Positions 1-13,742 of a stretch of DNA of 64,000 nucleotides are shown here, in pieces. How positions within the stretch are numbered: position 1 is the stretch's first letter; each line of letters starts with the position of its first letter. The notes under the pieces are model-generated. The model made no database searches, had not been told where the DNA came from, and was given only the letters and a program-made list of their open reading frames with translations. The position numbers and the translations under genes are program-made. The stretch is from Trichoplax sp. H2 (lineage: Eukaryota). The stretch lies in contig NOWV01000153.1 of the NCBI GenBank assembly GCA_003344405.1, positions 1-64,000 on the forward strand. Direction: 5' to 3'.

Positions 1-2348
1 TTATATTAGAGTAATTCCTATTGTAAGTAACTAGTTGTAATATATTATCGCTATATTATATTCATCAAATTTAGATAGCTATTTCTTCACGGTAGTTCGT
101 ACCGTGACATGTATATAGTCATCTATACTCTAGCAGAGAGCCTATACCACTACAGTCTATAGTTATGGCTACCAAATATCTCTTAGGATAAATATCTACC
201 GTACATTATACTAAACATGGCTAACAGTCTACAATCACAATACTAAGTTATATTACAATTACGCACCGTAAAAATACTAAGTTGTAGTGCCTAAGTCTTA
301 CACTCCTTAGGTTCGCAATCGTTTGACAAGAAATTTATACATTACTTCTCAACGAGACGTTAACTTATAGTTACAAAATCGACAGCAGATATTTTGCTAA
401 CTAGCGGCAATGATTTAATAATCAACCAATTATGTTATTACGACAAGTAAGTACATCGTAGCTATTTGGCTTCATGTCTGGTATAAATATAATTGGACAC
501 TCCTGCAATAAGTGAATTATGAACTATAACTTGGCGAAATTAGTTACAGCTAGCTTAGATACTCTACAGAATTAAGATATTAATAGGCCATACGATCATA
601 AATATGGTTCTAATGTTACGATTTAATAGTCAAGATCTGATTGCATTGCTAAAATATGTCTGCATTTAATAGAGTATATCTTACTTGGCCGCTATATTTT
701 CAAAATTTTTCAATATTATAACACGGTAGAATATCGAGAAATCTTCATACGAATTTGGTAGAGCTAGAATTTTGAACTGAAACTTTATTGCTCTTAATCA
801 GTTGGACAATTGAATAAAAAGAACGATTTACTAGCCGCTTAATACAATTACTATAATTTAATAACAATTATAGTACACGAAAATGACAATTTGCCAATAA
901 TAATACCTATATACAAGTTAATTAATTCATAGCAAGTGACAAAATATTTGTAAAGTGTAATTAGATAAATGTTTTAACTACAACCTCTACTATAGGTTTA
1001 AGTATAGCAAATTTTAATGCTTAATTAAGTGAATATGCTGCAATAATCAAAATAGAAATGTTATGGTGAGCTAATATAAAATAAACATAGAAGCCAGATT
1101 AAAATTACTACCAAAAATCTTATTCCATAACATTAGAAACCCGAGATTCTAATCTACTAAATTGAAAAAGTTTAACATAAATGATATTTAGTAGCTAGAT
1201 TTTAAATGTTGTTAACATATTAGGCAAATTAAGTCATGGAATGAAATGATGCTAAAAAATTCTAATACTTCTGAAAATATTTGATGCGCTTTAGCACAGT
1301 CAGCAATATAAGGTAAAATTTAAAATGAAGTTGGTATATACCGACCATTTACAGTAGAACCAGTTATCAAAACATTTTCACGCTATTAATAAGTAGTACC
1401 AATTGCTGTGATCATTAGATCACGATTTCATGATAAACAGTATCTATGATCATTCTAGAATCATAACAATAGCCTTGATCAGTATTTAACAAATAATAAA
1501 TCTACAATAATCAAATTTTATTCTTGCCTTGTTAGTACCTAGAAGTGATTTCGAAATCGAGAACTAAAGGAAATATACAGCCGAGCATTGTTATTATGTC
1601 CATTTTTAATTATAGTGGAAGTCATAAAAATTGATTTATTAGGATTATATCGTTTTATGTAGCTGATCAGAAATGACAATCACATTTGCCAAGGTTAAAA
1701 AGCTTCAGGATTTTAACATTCATGAGCCTTATAATCAGAAAAAATCAGACACCTAAGATAATACATGCAAAATATTGAAAGACATTTTGTAAAAGTATGT
1801 TGCCCTTGCTTTTACTTGTAATATTACAATTACGATACCAGAATAACTGCTGATCTACTAAAATATCTGTTAAGAAAACGTATTTTTCGCTTGACTAAAC
1901 AATGTTTATTTGATTCAGTGTTGCATATAAATGATGCATTCTAATGGTTAAAATTAATAAATTATAGACCTACACTAAAATATGCGAATAACTAATCAAT
2001 AAGTGTACAGCAATAACTGAGTTCAAAAATAAGTTATTCACAGTTTATTTCACGCTGATTTCATTATCTAGATGAGTATAATTACAGCTTTTTGCGACTT
2101 GAAATAAACAAAGAATCAATGAATCTAGACCTTAAGAAATAATAGTTACAGCTGCTTGCCTTCAATCCAAGATCATTTAGCGATTTTATAGTCAATGAAA
2201 GCATGGACATGCTACTTTTGTGCTTTCATTAACATTAAATAAATTAAATTTATCTATAATGTAAGCAAAAGCTCTCATATAACTTAATTTCAAATTATCA
2301 TGACTATTTTGATAAGGCACTACCAAAACGTGAAATAACGAGACACTT

Positions 2349-3374
2349 TTAGGAAGGTAAAGAGTTCACTTTAATATGACAGTCGTTGCTTTCGGTGTTT
2401 TCTTTTTCGATAAATGTGATTACAAGCGTTTGATGACTGCAAAAGGAAATTATTTTTCTAGACCATTTTGCTGCCAACTTCTTATATTCTTTTCGTAATA
2501 TTTCATTAGTAAAGGCGTATATTAGCGGATTTACAACCGAATTGCAATAAAGTAATACTAACGCAATCATTTCTACGTATTGGTTAATTTTTATGGCCTT
2601 ATTATGAGCAAGAAATGATATCATACTCATAGTTCCACTCAAAGTTACTGGTAGCCAACACAGAATATTTGTACCCAAAATTAAACATGTTATTTTAATA
2701 GATTTTTTGATGCTACTACAATGAGCAATGCGAGATCTTGACTTACTATAAGCTACATAGAAAATGATAGAATAACAGCTAATGACTGTACTGACAATAG
2801 TAACTGTAAGCACCGCTGCAATTACAAGAAGGATATAGTTTTCACTGGATGCCGTTAATGACAACCAACAAAAATTTTTTAATTGATATTTACCGAAGCC
2901 GCGCAGAGATATTGGCAATAAAGGTAGTAAAGCGGCAATGATAGATTAAATACAGCAAGAAGTTATAATGATAGCATATCGTCGAATACTTGAATTTGCT
3001 AAGTAGTGGTAAGGAAATACGACAGCATAGCATCGATCTAAGGCGATAGTCGTGGATAAAAGTAATGCCATACCATTGCAAAATGAAGCAATGAAACCTT
3101 GAACTTGGCATATAGCATCGCCGTTCTGATACCATAACGCTACTATTAAACATGGTATAGCTAGACTACCAGTGCATAAATCGGTAATATTTAAGCATGT
3201 TAGAAAACTATTTTGGATATTGCGTAAGCTTAACTTGCGAGAAATAACCATCAAATTAAATGAATTAAAAAACATTGACGCAATACAGACTGTCGTTAGA
3301 ATTGGAATAAGAAACTTAAAGTCCGCATGAAGTAAAGGCTGAGCACTATAACTAAAATGCGAACCGTTGGCCAT
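2349..3374 (-). pseudogene. Rhodopsin-family (class A) GPCR, intronless, interrupted by one in-frame TAA at 2946-2948
   Basis: ORFs 2946..3374 and 2349..2918 are in the same frame (1026 nt in total). Reading through gives ...ITSCCI*SIIAALLPLLPISL.... Motifs DRC(Y), CWLP and NPLIY are present, and it is colinear with the intact paralogue at 8433-9458. Confidence 0.8.
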
Positions 3375-6300
3375 ATTGGCTATTAAAGGAGATCAATTGA
3401 GTTATTACTTGTACTATTGCTTAGAGAAGTGCAACCATTACTTTCTTTATTTAGTAGTTTACCTTTTTATGTTACAAGCAGTTAGCAAAATATATTGGAA
3501 GAATTCGTCAGATAAATAATAGAAGATTATGAAATAATGTTGGCAGACACTCTTAAATCCTGCTGACAGGGATTAATACTTCTTGCTGGCTATGGCAATT
3601 AATTTTTCGGCAGTCTTATATATTTCAAGAGATGTCAAAGCATTCAACTTTGCATAGAATAATTAATATCTATTTTCATTTCCATTAAGTGACGAAAATC
3701 AGTAAATATTTCACATGGGTAACTTCTTAATATTCACGCTACTTCTTTCCTTGAGGAAGCAAATTAATGAAGTACTGAAGTAATAAAAATAGTTGATGTT
3801 TATCGATATAAATTGCAGTACATTGGTAACTTAACTCCTATAACACAATTACCGAGCAGTAAATAAGAAAATAAAAAAAATTATCAAAGATAGGATAACA
3901 AGCATAGAATTCGGATGATGACATGCCTGTATTTGCTGTTTTACTATTATCATTTCTATACTACTGAATAATGTAAGGTAATTTTGACTTAATTTTCACT
4001 TGTCATAAGAAATTATATAGTAATAGTTATTGATATTAAACTGATCACCCAGTTATACAAACATCACTAGTCGTACAGCTATATTATTTTAGCCACAAAG
4101 CTTTTTCGAGAAAAGTTCAGGATTACCTATCGATGATATCTAATATTCTTCTGATGTAGAGCAAAAACAAATGGTTTCCTTTGGATTAATTGAGTCAGTG
4201 CTTGAAATGATGGAATGAACAACTTCGTGAAGGATCACGAACAGAATGTTCTACTAATAACTACTAAAGCGTACTTAGCATAAAATATTTCGGTTCTAGT
4301 CTAACTTTGGAATATCTTTGGTATACAGTTTAAACAGAATTAAAATGCTATGAATTTATAAATTGCATAATTCGAAATTTTAGTTTTGCCTGCTTACCAC
4401 GCGACAACAATAACGTCAATTCCACATACAGTATGCAGTATGTAGTAACTATGTTGAAAACATAATAACGCTTAGTTACCATTGATAAGGTATCGAAACT
4501 GAATACCGGTAATAAATACTATTTAAATTCCATCTTTGCTTTATTTTATAATAATTGAAAGCTATGATATAATATTGTCTTCTTTAAAGTATTGTATTTG
4601 CTATTATACTAGCTGAAATAAGGATAATTAAAAGTAAATTTCCACATCGATATCTAAAATCTAGGTCTAATAAGTTTATTATCTTAGCTCGGTAACCTTT
4701 ACATTCTGGCTTTTATCTTTTTGATGATTTGATGATTTGATGATTTTAGCAAGGTATTCTTTGCTGCTGAGAGAAATTTATGGGTAATATAATTACGATA
4801 GTGTCGAAGTGCTGCAATATCAAAGGTCTAAAATTTTAGCAGTAGACATAGGAATTGCTTATTAATAAGATAATTCACTACGTTACTGCATAGGGTCATG
4901 TAACATAAATAATGTGACTAAGCGGACAACAGTGATTTAATTGCTTTTTGAAAGAGTATTTAATTTATTATATTTGTAAATTTAAAATTTGCTTAATTCC
5001 CTTTCGCTATTAGAAAGGGTGAAAATAAGGAATTAGATTTACATATTCAATCCATTACCTCATTCAAGGCTAAGACATCCTTAGATCTTTAGTATGAAAA
5101 CATTTCCATTAATTTTCATTAATTTAATAGTTTAATAATAGCTGATTATATCTTAGCCCAGAATTCTTTTGGCTTAAATAAAAATATTAATTTCTTTTCA
5201 TTTATATATTTATTAATTCTCATATTTTTTAAATCCATAATAGTAGCCTAGAAACTGCTTTCAATGGCAGTTAAATACAGGCATGTGTCTCCTCCAGGAT
5301 CAAAAGTAGAGTCTTTCTATTATAAAAATTAGCCCATTTTCATGTTCTAAAGTTGCTCATAAGAGACTACTAGAGAACATATGCACTAAATTTAATATTT
5401 TTAAACAAATTTATCTTTCGTATATTTCTAGATTTAAACACCTATATCTTTGCACTATACGTTAAAACGCATTAGAGCATGCATACGACACGAGATTAAT
5501 CGCGATAAGAGAGTGAACTAACTTTAGAGTTATCTTAAAAGTTAGGTCTTAACTAAATCATTTGCCCTTATCATAAACGTATTAGCTGCACAATCCTAAA
5601 TGTCACAACAAATAAGTCATAAAATATCACTACACGCTGATGTAAGAGTGCTGTGACTATGTCGTAAAAGATATGAATTTGAAAGACAGTTTCAACAGCT
5701 TTTACAAGAAAGTCGCCTGGTTAACTAATGAGTTATGAGTAAATTTTGATGATTGACCAGTCCCTAGAAAGATGTTTTATCAATTTTCTTTATTCAAAGG
5801 ATTAAGTCAAAAGATTGATGACGTCAAATACCCTAATCTTTATGTCTTCTCTAGCACAAAGTAGACATTTTCGAATTGTAGCGATCTGATGATAGAACGT
5901 AGCAGTATGATAATATAAAATTAGATTTAAAAGGGTGAGATATTTCATTATACGGATTACTGCGGAGATAAAGTGGTACAATTGTCTATAGGATCATAAT
6001 TTCGCGGCCTTAATTTTCAAATTTCTTTCCAAAATTATTCTTGTCGATAGATAGTGACTTAATCACCTGTGATTCTGTAATCTTCGTAGTAAGTATTAAT
6101 ATCTTTATTCCTATTTTTTAATTATATAATCCATTTCCTATTCAGATCATTTAAGTTACTTCAGTTTCTATCACTATTGATAATACGCAGATCTGCATTG
6201 AAAAAACTGGATAAAGTATTGTAGGTAAAGCTAAAATATATCGATATTATTGCACTATTGTTGGGCTATAAATAGCTGACTTAATACAAATGATTGATAT

Positions 6301-6970
6301 GAATATCTTGCGTAACATCCATTTTTAAAATAATAGAATTAAAAAAAATTTTATAATAATGCCTCAAATAATATAAATCTCTCAATCTATATTTAAAACA
6401 GAATTCAATAAGAATAGACTTTTTACTCAAGCAAAAATGTAAAACAATAATCAGTGTCTTATGAGATCTATAAAAAGGACACATTAGCAAAGTAATTATC
6501 TAAATTTTTACAAAGTATAATGATATTAGCTTACCGATATTTAATTGGAAATTTAACAGGCAACCAAAGTGTTGCCTTATATTTCATACTATTCCGGAAA
6601 ATAGCTAAGCTAATATCGCATTTTACTGTATCAGTACTCGTCAAGTAGGGTAAGCTTACAGCGAAAGTAAACACTTTCGAACTTATATGCTATTTACTTT
6701 TTATTATACTCCTCACATCCAATGACAGTATTGTATGCATTCTTACAAGCTCTGAAGTTTAGCTAGACTCGAGAAAACCTCTTTCTCAATATTTCTACTC
6801 TTTTATATGCGTTTTAGCAGGTGACGTTTGATTTCTACTATATGCGTTGTAGCATACAGAATATTTTTTCTTTAATATATTTTGTAGCTTGTAATCTTCC
6901 CTTTTCTTATATGCGTCTTAGCCTAAAATATTACGATGGGCAGTAATGTAAGATATTTGTACAAGTCTAC

Positions 6971-7265
6971 CAGAGACTACTGTATAAAAAAGAAAGAAAA
7001 GAAAAGAGGAAAGTAAACCGATCGTAGACTATACTAAGAATGTGAAAGCCGATTATTTTTTTGGTCATTTCAATTGTATTGCATGTCTGTGGTTGATATC
7101 TAAAACAGCTGCTAATATGCTGCTGAATTGGTAGTTTTGTAGTGTGATATACGGTTTCATTGGCACCGTATAGAAAATGACCGAAAAAATAAAAAGTTCC
7201 TATGTCATTTGCACTGACGGCCGCTTTGCATTCGTCTTTCTTTCCTTTTTATACAGTAGTCACTG
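6971..7265. mobile_element. Non-autonomous hAT-type DNA transposon (MITE), 295 bp
   Basis: ~28-bp TIR: CAGAGACTACTGTATAAAAAAGAAAGAA at left versus CAGTGACTACTGTATAAAAAGGAAAGAA (reverse complement of right end). 8-bp flanks AAGTCTAC (6963-6970) and AAGTCTTC (7266-7273). An inner inverted pair ...TTGGTCATTT / AAATGACCGA... is also present. Confidence 0.8.
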
Positions 7266-8432
7266 AAGTCTTCTAACTTCAAATACGGCTACAGTGTATA
7301 GCTGACGATCATGTTTGACTACTAACTATAATAATATCTAGTATATGGCTAATTGTGGTAAACGTGTGTACATAAATGGGATCATAATATCTTATTCTAT
7401 ATGAAACATTAGAAATTCTATCAATTTGTTCTCCATCTTATAATCTTTCGCCGTCGATTACAGCTTTTATCTTCAAGAATAACTATATATAATTAACGAC
7501 ATCAGTAGCCCTTTCAAGAAATTTATGAAAATTTTCTATAGCAGATTTAGCTCTAAATAAAGTTATGCCGATGGAATTCAGGCGTTGTCTTACAAACTTT
7601 AGATAATACAAGCAACTCTTCGATATTAGGCTAATAAATATTTCTTATCCTAGCGCCGCCCAGCAAAAGTGAATATATACTAAATATAATAGAAGTTATT
7701 TTTTAATATTATTGTAGTGCAGCCCCAAATATGGCTAGGATTGTGATTGTAAGACCGTACGAAAGCAGTAGTACTCGTATGTTATATTGAAGATAGATAG
7801 TTCTTGGTAGTTGTAAGACGAAGCTAATCTATGTAATAAAGTGAAGTTTACAAGAAACCGAAGTTTGTTTTATTAATAAGAAGATCACTTTATCTTAATC
7901 ATGGAACAGTATGCATCTAACAGTAGATTTTAATCTTTAGATCTGTACAACATAATAGCAAATGCTAATTGTCTATTTGTAGAAACGAGGTAGAAGTTTT
8001 TATTAAGTTATTGAAACTAAACATATTTTATCTTTACTATAATTAAGTAAAACTGGATTCAAATATTACACCATCAATATTCGAGCTTTCCCATGAAATC
8101 CATTTAGAGTCGACGTAGCTAGGATCTTACTTTATGTAAATACTATTTCTACAGAATCATTTCGTACGCTATTGTATACCAATAGATCAAACTTAACACA
8201 CAATCTTTATTGTATGCTCAAGAGGAAATCCTTTTAAGATTGATGTAGATTTCATTTTAATCTAACCAATTATTGTCCCACACTCCATAATTACGCTCGA
8301 ATATTACAAGATGTAACTCGATCGTGATACATTATCATTACGTATCTTTAAAGAAATCCAATCTAAGTTAACGTGGCTAAGATCAAGCTTTACTTAATTA
8401 ATTTGAGTTTGAAAATGATAACTTAGTATTAA

Positions 8433-9458
8433 TTACATAGGCAATGAGTTCTCTTTAATATTAATTGTTATTACTCTCGATGTTTCCCTGTTCGGTAAAA
8501 AGGAAATAACTGCTTGATTGTGGCATACAGACATGATATTTGAATGTAACTTTAGTATTAATTTCTTATATTCTTTTCTTAATATTTCATTCGTGCCAGC
8601 GTATATAAGTGGATTTGTAGCTGCATTTAAGTAGACTAATGTCAGCGCGATAACTTGGACATAAATACTTATTTTATATATCTTATTATAAAGTAGAAAA
8701 TGTACAGCACTAATGGTTCCAGATATCATTACAGGTAGCCAACAAATACCATTTGTACCCACAATTAGACTAGTAGTCCTAATGGACTTTTTAATACTAC
8801 CGTAGCTGGCAAAATTAGATCTTGATTTAATGTAAGCTGTATAGAAAGTGATAGAATAACTACTTATAAATACGACGATAGTAACAATTGCATTAATAGC
8901 TGCCATTGTAATAGTGATATAATTTTCATTAGATACCGTTAACGAAATCCAGCATAAATTCTGTATTCGATATTTACCCAAACCGGTTAAAGGTTTTGGT
9001 AACGAAGGAAGTAGAGCAAAAATTATGCTAATAATGCAAGCAGTAATGATGGCGATGTTATTACGTCGACTATCTACACTCGCTAAATACTGGTAAGGAT
9101 AAGTTACAGCGTAGCACCGATCCAAAGCAATCGCACAGGATAAAAATGTTGCCATACCAGTGCAGAATGAAGCAAAGAAACCTTGGACTTGACATACTGC
9201 GTCGCCATCTTGATACCACAATGCTATGATCAAACATGGTATAGTAACAATACCAGTACATAAATCAGTTATATTTAAATACGTTAAAAAGCTTTTTCGG
9301 AAATCGCGTAATCCTGGCTTTCGATAAATAATAATCAAATTGTAGAAATTACTAAATATCGCCACGACACTGATTATCATTAAAATTGGAATAAGGAACT
9401 TAAAGTTCATATGGAGTGGAGGCCGATAGCTATTATTCAAGTCCGATATATTATCCAT
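8433..9458 (-). CDS. Rhodopsin-family (class A) orphan GPCR, single coding exon, ~341 aa
   Basis: Seven hydrophobic segments, N-terminal N-glycosylation sequons, TM2 LNITDL, DRCY, CWLP, NPLIY. The likely start is MDNIS at 9458, just after a polypyrimidine-CAG acceptor; the ORF track start at 9512 is probably intronic. Confidence 0.9.
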   Translation of the reverse strand: MDNISDLNNSYRPPLHMNFKFLIPILMIISVVAIFSNFYNLIIIYRKPGLRDFRKSFLTYLNITDLCTGIVTIPCLIIALWYQDGDAVCQVQGFFASFCTGMATFLSCAIALDRCYAVTYPYQYLASVDSRRNNIAIITACIISIIFALLPSLPKPLTGLGKYRIQNLCWISLTVSNENYITITMAAINAIVTIVVFISSYSITFYTAYIKSRSNFASYGSIKKSIRTTSLIVGTNGICWLPVMISGTISAVHFLLYNKIYKISIYVQVIALTLVYLNAATNPLIYAGTNEILRKEYKKLILKLHSNIMSVCHNQAVISFLPNRETSRVITINIKENSLPM

Positions 9459-12400
9459 GCCTAATAATTCTTTGTCTGTGCAAATTGAAAATACACGAAT
9501 ATATATATACATATATAGATTAATATATCTTTATGTTCAGCCTTTTGATTTTATTCATCAGATGCAGTAAAATCCAGGTAGAGAGAAATTGCATGCTTAT
9601 ATTAAGCTATGCCGGATAGTTTTCATAATAGCTTTAAATATTTAAACACTTTCAAACCATGAAGTATGGATAGTTTATTATTAGCTAAATAATTAATTGA
9701 TATACTAGTCGTATGAAGCTGGAGAGAATCAATAAAAGAGACTCTATTGCCTTAAGATTATCGGACCAAATTCTAATACTATGATAAACGAAGAACAAGA
9801 ACGTATATTAAACACTTTTTATGTAACTATAAAATCCGCTTATACTGACAGCTAATATTTTTGAAGCTCGATTGCTATAAACATGGCATCAAAGAACAAC
9901 CATTGCTTCGAACCTTTCAAATTCTTGTTTTTCACTGTCACATATTGTTAAATACAACTGTTGTATAAACTTTTAAATCAACAATATTACTAGCTCGATA
10001 TTAACTCTTTTCGTAATCTTTAATTATTGTACAGTACCTGCAACAAAAGGCATAAAGTAGATAAATTTTTAGATGCACAATAGTAGGCCATACAATTAAA
10101 AATTATTCTGTCATAAGACCTTACCAAAGTAAAATTCTATTTAATAATCTATAATGATACCTAGAATAGTAGATCAATAAATGTATAACTTCACTTGTAG
10201 TACCTAAATTTCAATCATTACATGACGTAAATCCATTATACGTAACTAATTATATGTGTAAGTATATATATATATATAATATTATCCATTGATGATATTC
10301 AAATGGTGCATATTAATTAATATTTAACTTAAGTCGTAATAACATTAAATAATTTGGAAAATGATTGATTCATGCAGTAACCAATAATGATGGTCATTTA
10401 TCAGTCTCAAGAAAGATTGAAAGTGTACGTACATTTAGTAAGCAATTTCTAGAAACATTTTTCTAGCAACGATCCAGTAATCTGGTAAGAGGCTAGATTA
10501 CAGTTGTTTTAAAATCAGATTAGCATGACTTATACTTTTTTGATGCTCAGCAGAGTTGACATCTGTCATCAAAATAAATATAGGCCAGTAATTGGGGAAA
10601 GATCGATTAGAAATAACTCAAGAAATCGATAGAATGCAATGTCAGCAAAAGGAGAGCACTTCTGATTGCTGTATCTCATTAAAGATCTTTAAGCCTTTGT
10701 GGTCTATAACTATACCATTAAGCTACAAAATTTCATACCACAAGTTGTCTACAACATATCTTCTTAGTACTAGTTATCGTTTTAACGGTTAACTGTACGA
10801 ATGGGTTAATTAATCATGACTGAACTACAACCGTATTAGCCTAGAGTCACTGTAGAAGTTAGCAGAGAGACCTAGTAAGGACTCTTTAGTCCTAGTTGCA
10901 AGGTGAGAAATTAGGTGTTACGCTAAGATAATTAATTTATCCGTCTGCGGTATTATGTTACTTGAAATCAAATAGTTTAACTATGATCGACCGCTAGAAT
11001 TACACCTTGAAACTGTTCTTGGCTAAACAGTACCAAATCCTATGTTGATGTTTTATCCACTTTGCAATAGACAGTTTCCTGGTAGTATCAATTATATCGT
11101 GAACTAGCGGTTGGTTACTTTTTGAATAACACACTATCGATTTTGTCAGGTCATAATTAGTAAAGCTCAATATGACTTTAAAAAGCCTTGCTGTACTTGA
11201 TTAATGCTTTCTTGGAAATAATTAAGAGTGGCTAATGCTATCTATTTGAGACTTGTGTCGATGAAACTTGAAATACTTTTCCTAACTCTATTTAAAGTCG
11301 ATGTCTCCAGAGGATTAGGTAAATTTCAACGAACTATTGACTAGATACGAAATTCCATTTAGAGGACCACTGCAAAATAAGGGATAATGATTAAGAAATA
11401 TCAGGCTCGGGGCATCGTTAATATCCTAAATGCATAGTAGCAAAGTTCGCCTTCGAAAATCATAAATAGGAAGAAGTTATATTTAATTAAGAAATCTTGA
11501 ATTAATTGAGCAACGATTTCATTTGTAACACATGTGTGAAAAACTTACATTTGCTAGCCATTTAATCATTAAAAGTTTAAAAATTAAAAATGATGCGAAT
11601 TGAATAGTACAATATCTATATCGTCAAAATTGCGAATGCCTGATGATTAGTATTGAAGACCGAATATCGTAGTAATCATTATAATTATTAATAGATGGAG
11701 AAATCAATTTAGAGATTTCGGATCAGTTTTGAAGATATAATTACATCTTATGATTAATTAATACTGTTTACAAATTGGTGAACATTAGAATATAAGAATG
11801 ACTTAATGCAGAAGCTACTAGTAATATAGCAACGATCAATCAAAAAATCATATTATCATTTTACTGTATCTCATAAGAGCATCGGTTCAATCGTTACACG
11901 CTAATAAAAAATTTACGTAAATACTCGTGAGTCTCGGCAATCAGCATGCAGTAGAATCAGCATTTTAATAGTGAATAACAAACTAGAAATTCATTATGAG
12001 ATCTTCTCTGTTTTGTTGCAAATACATGTATAATAGATTATAACAATAACGATATTGGCAACCGATATATGGCACTCTCTACTGTTTGTACACTATTAGA
12101 ATCAAAGAATCTTGGTCTTTTCAGTTTATTTCAGAGTAAACTCAAGAGTTTTAATAATATCAGAAATTTATTTGTATTAAACAGTTCCCCTTTATCTTAA
12201 TTATTTATTTTATGCTAGATCTCCAGGCTCATAGTAGTAATTAGAAGGGAAATTTAATTTAATTAACAAAGTATTGCATGATGCAAAGGGTAAAACATTT
12301 CATTCTATATTCTATACCTGTTCATAATTAATTTTAACTCAAAGTTAGAGACAAATCACTTATTTATTAGCATATTTTAATAAATTAGCGAACAGTCTAA

Positions 12401-13379
12401 AGAATTCTTACCCTTAATTCATGAATGATACTGGAGTATTTATATTAATGCAAACAGGATTGCATTTGAAAGGGTGCAAAATTTATCAATAATATGACAA
12501 TATCTACTATTACGAACGACAGATTTTTCTCGTTCGGTAGCATTCTATACTCTCCTAGTTTCTACGTAAGGATTACGCAAGTACTTTTTCATCATTTTAG
12601 CGAGAATTTTATTGAAAAATTTTTCCGATAAAATGGTTGTAATTAGTAAATAAAATTCTAAAATTTTTGCATCCGCAGTTTTGTCATAATATAGCAATCT
12701 AAACAAAATTTGTTACGATCCGAAAGAAACAGTTGACGATGTATGTGTTAGTAGATCATATTAGAATATGAATATTTTAATTTCAGTAGTTATGGATATA
12801 CAAAAATAGCAGCATATAGATAGACAAAGAATCTTACTTTATCTTATTTCAGTCATGGTAATGGTTTTGCTAACTAGAAATTTGATAACAGATAAAGCGA
12901 CATGATACTTACTATAAGTACTATTACGGTATTGGTGTTTAATATCATGTTGTTGCGATGCTGTCATCGTATTTTTTTAGATTAGTTTGCTATTCTTCCC
13001 AAAATTGTTTATTACATTAGATGTTAATGGAAATCTGAATTAATTGTGCTTACGATAATGATGTTCACTACTAGTCTTAACTGAGCATCAGTATTGTTTA
13101 TTTACTTCAGCTTGAGATGTTATTAATAATTAATGTTGTTTACAACTGGACTCTATACTGAGTCATATTAAAATTTATGTCTTGTTTCTCATACTAATGT
13201 AAGTAAATGATATAAAACATGTTTCTCTGTATTGCACCACCTACGTGTGTCGATCGTATATAAGGCCGAGCAGATACTATATCGAGGAATTGCTATTTCT
13301 TTATTGTACGATCAGGTCCATACTTTTTGGGTAATCTTAGAATAAAACTCATAAAGCTAAACAACCTTCTAGCCACTCA

Positions 13380-13742
13380 TAGTGTTATGGTCAACCCCCG
13401 GGAATCGGCCATTTCAAGGGACTAGCCGAACAACTTCGGCCATTCCCTATGACTGGTCGAGCAACTAGCCATTAACTCGGTCAATCCCTATAAATGACCG
13501 AAAAACGTTAATTTTTATGATGCTTTAAAAAAATCTATTAAACATCAAATTAAATAACCCTGATTGATCTAATCTAGCTATGGATTACAATAATATTTGA
13601 TGAGATTTATTTCCTCTTATCACTTCAACTCAGAAAGAAACCTATTAGTATACTTAGCCTGACTAAAAGGTAATTATTATAAATTATCGGAAATAATGAT
13701 ATAAGATTGGAGAATTTTATAACCGGGGAATTTCATAGACTA
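13380..13742. repeat. Degenerate repeat or MITE-like element with three tandem hairpin units (13405-13501)
   Basis: TCGG(C/T)CA...(T/A)G(C/G/A)(C/T)CGA-like units at 13405, 13436 and 13477. Weak terminal inverted similarity TAGTGTTATG..CCCCGG / CCGGGG..CATAGACTA. Shares AAATGACCGAAAAA with the MITE at 6971. Confidence 0.35.

Noticed and set aside
2890-3153. Alternative-frame ORFs within the GPCRs (also 9070-9261), and a frameshift explanation for the split gene
   Set aside because: These are shadow frames; the two GPCR halves are in the same frame, separated by a stop rather than a frameshift.
6790-6925. Three copies of TATATGCGT..TAGC
   Set aside because: A short degenerate local repeat with no further structure.
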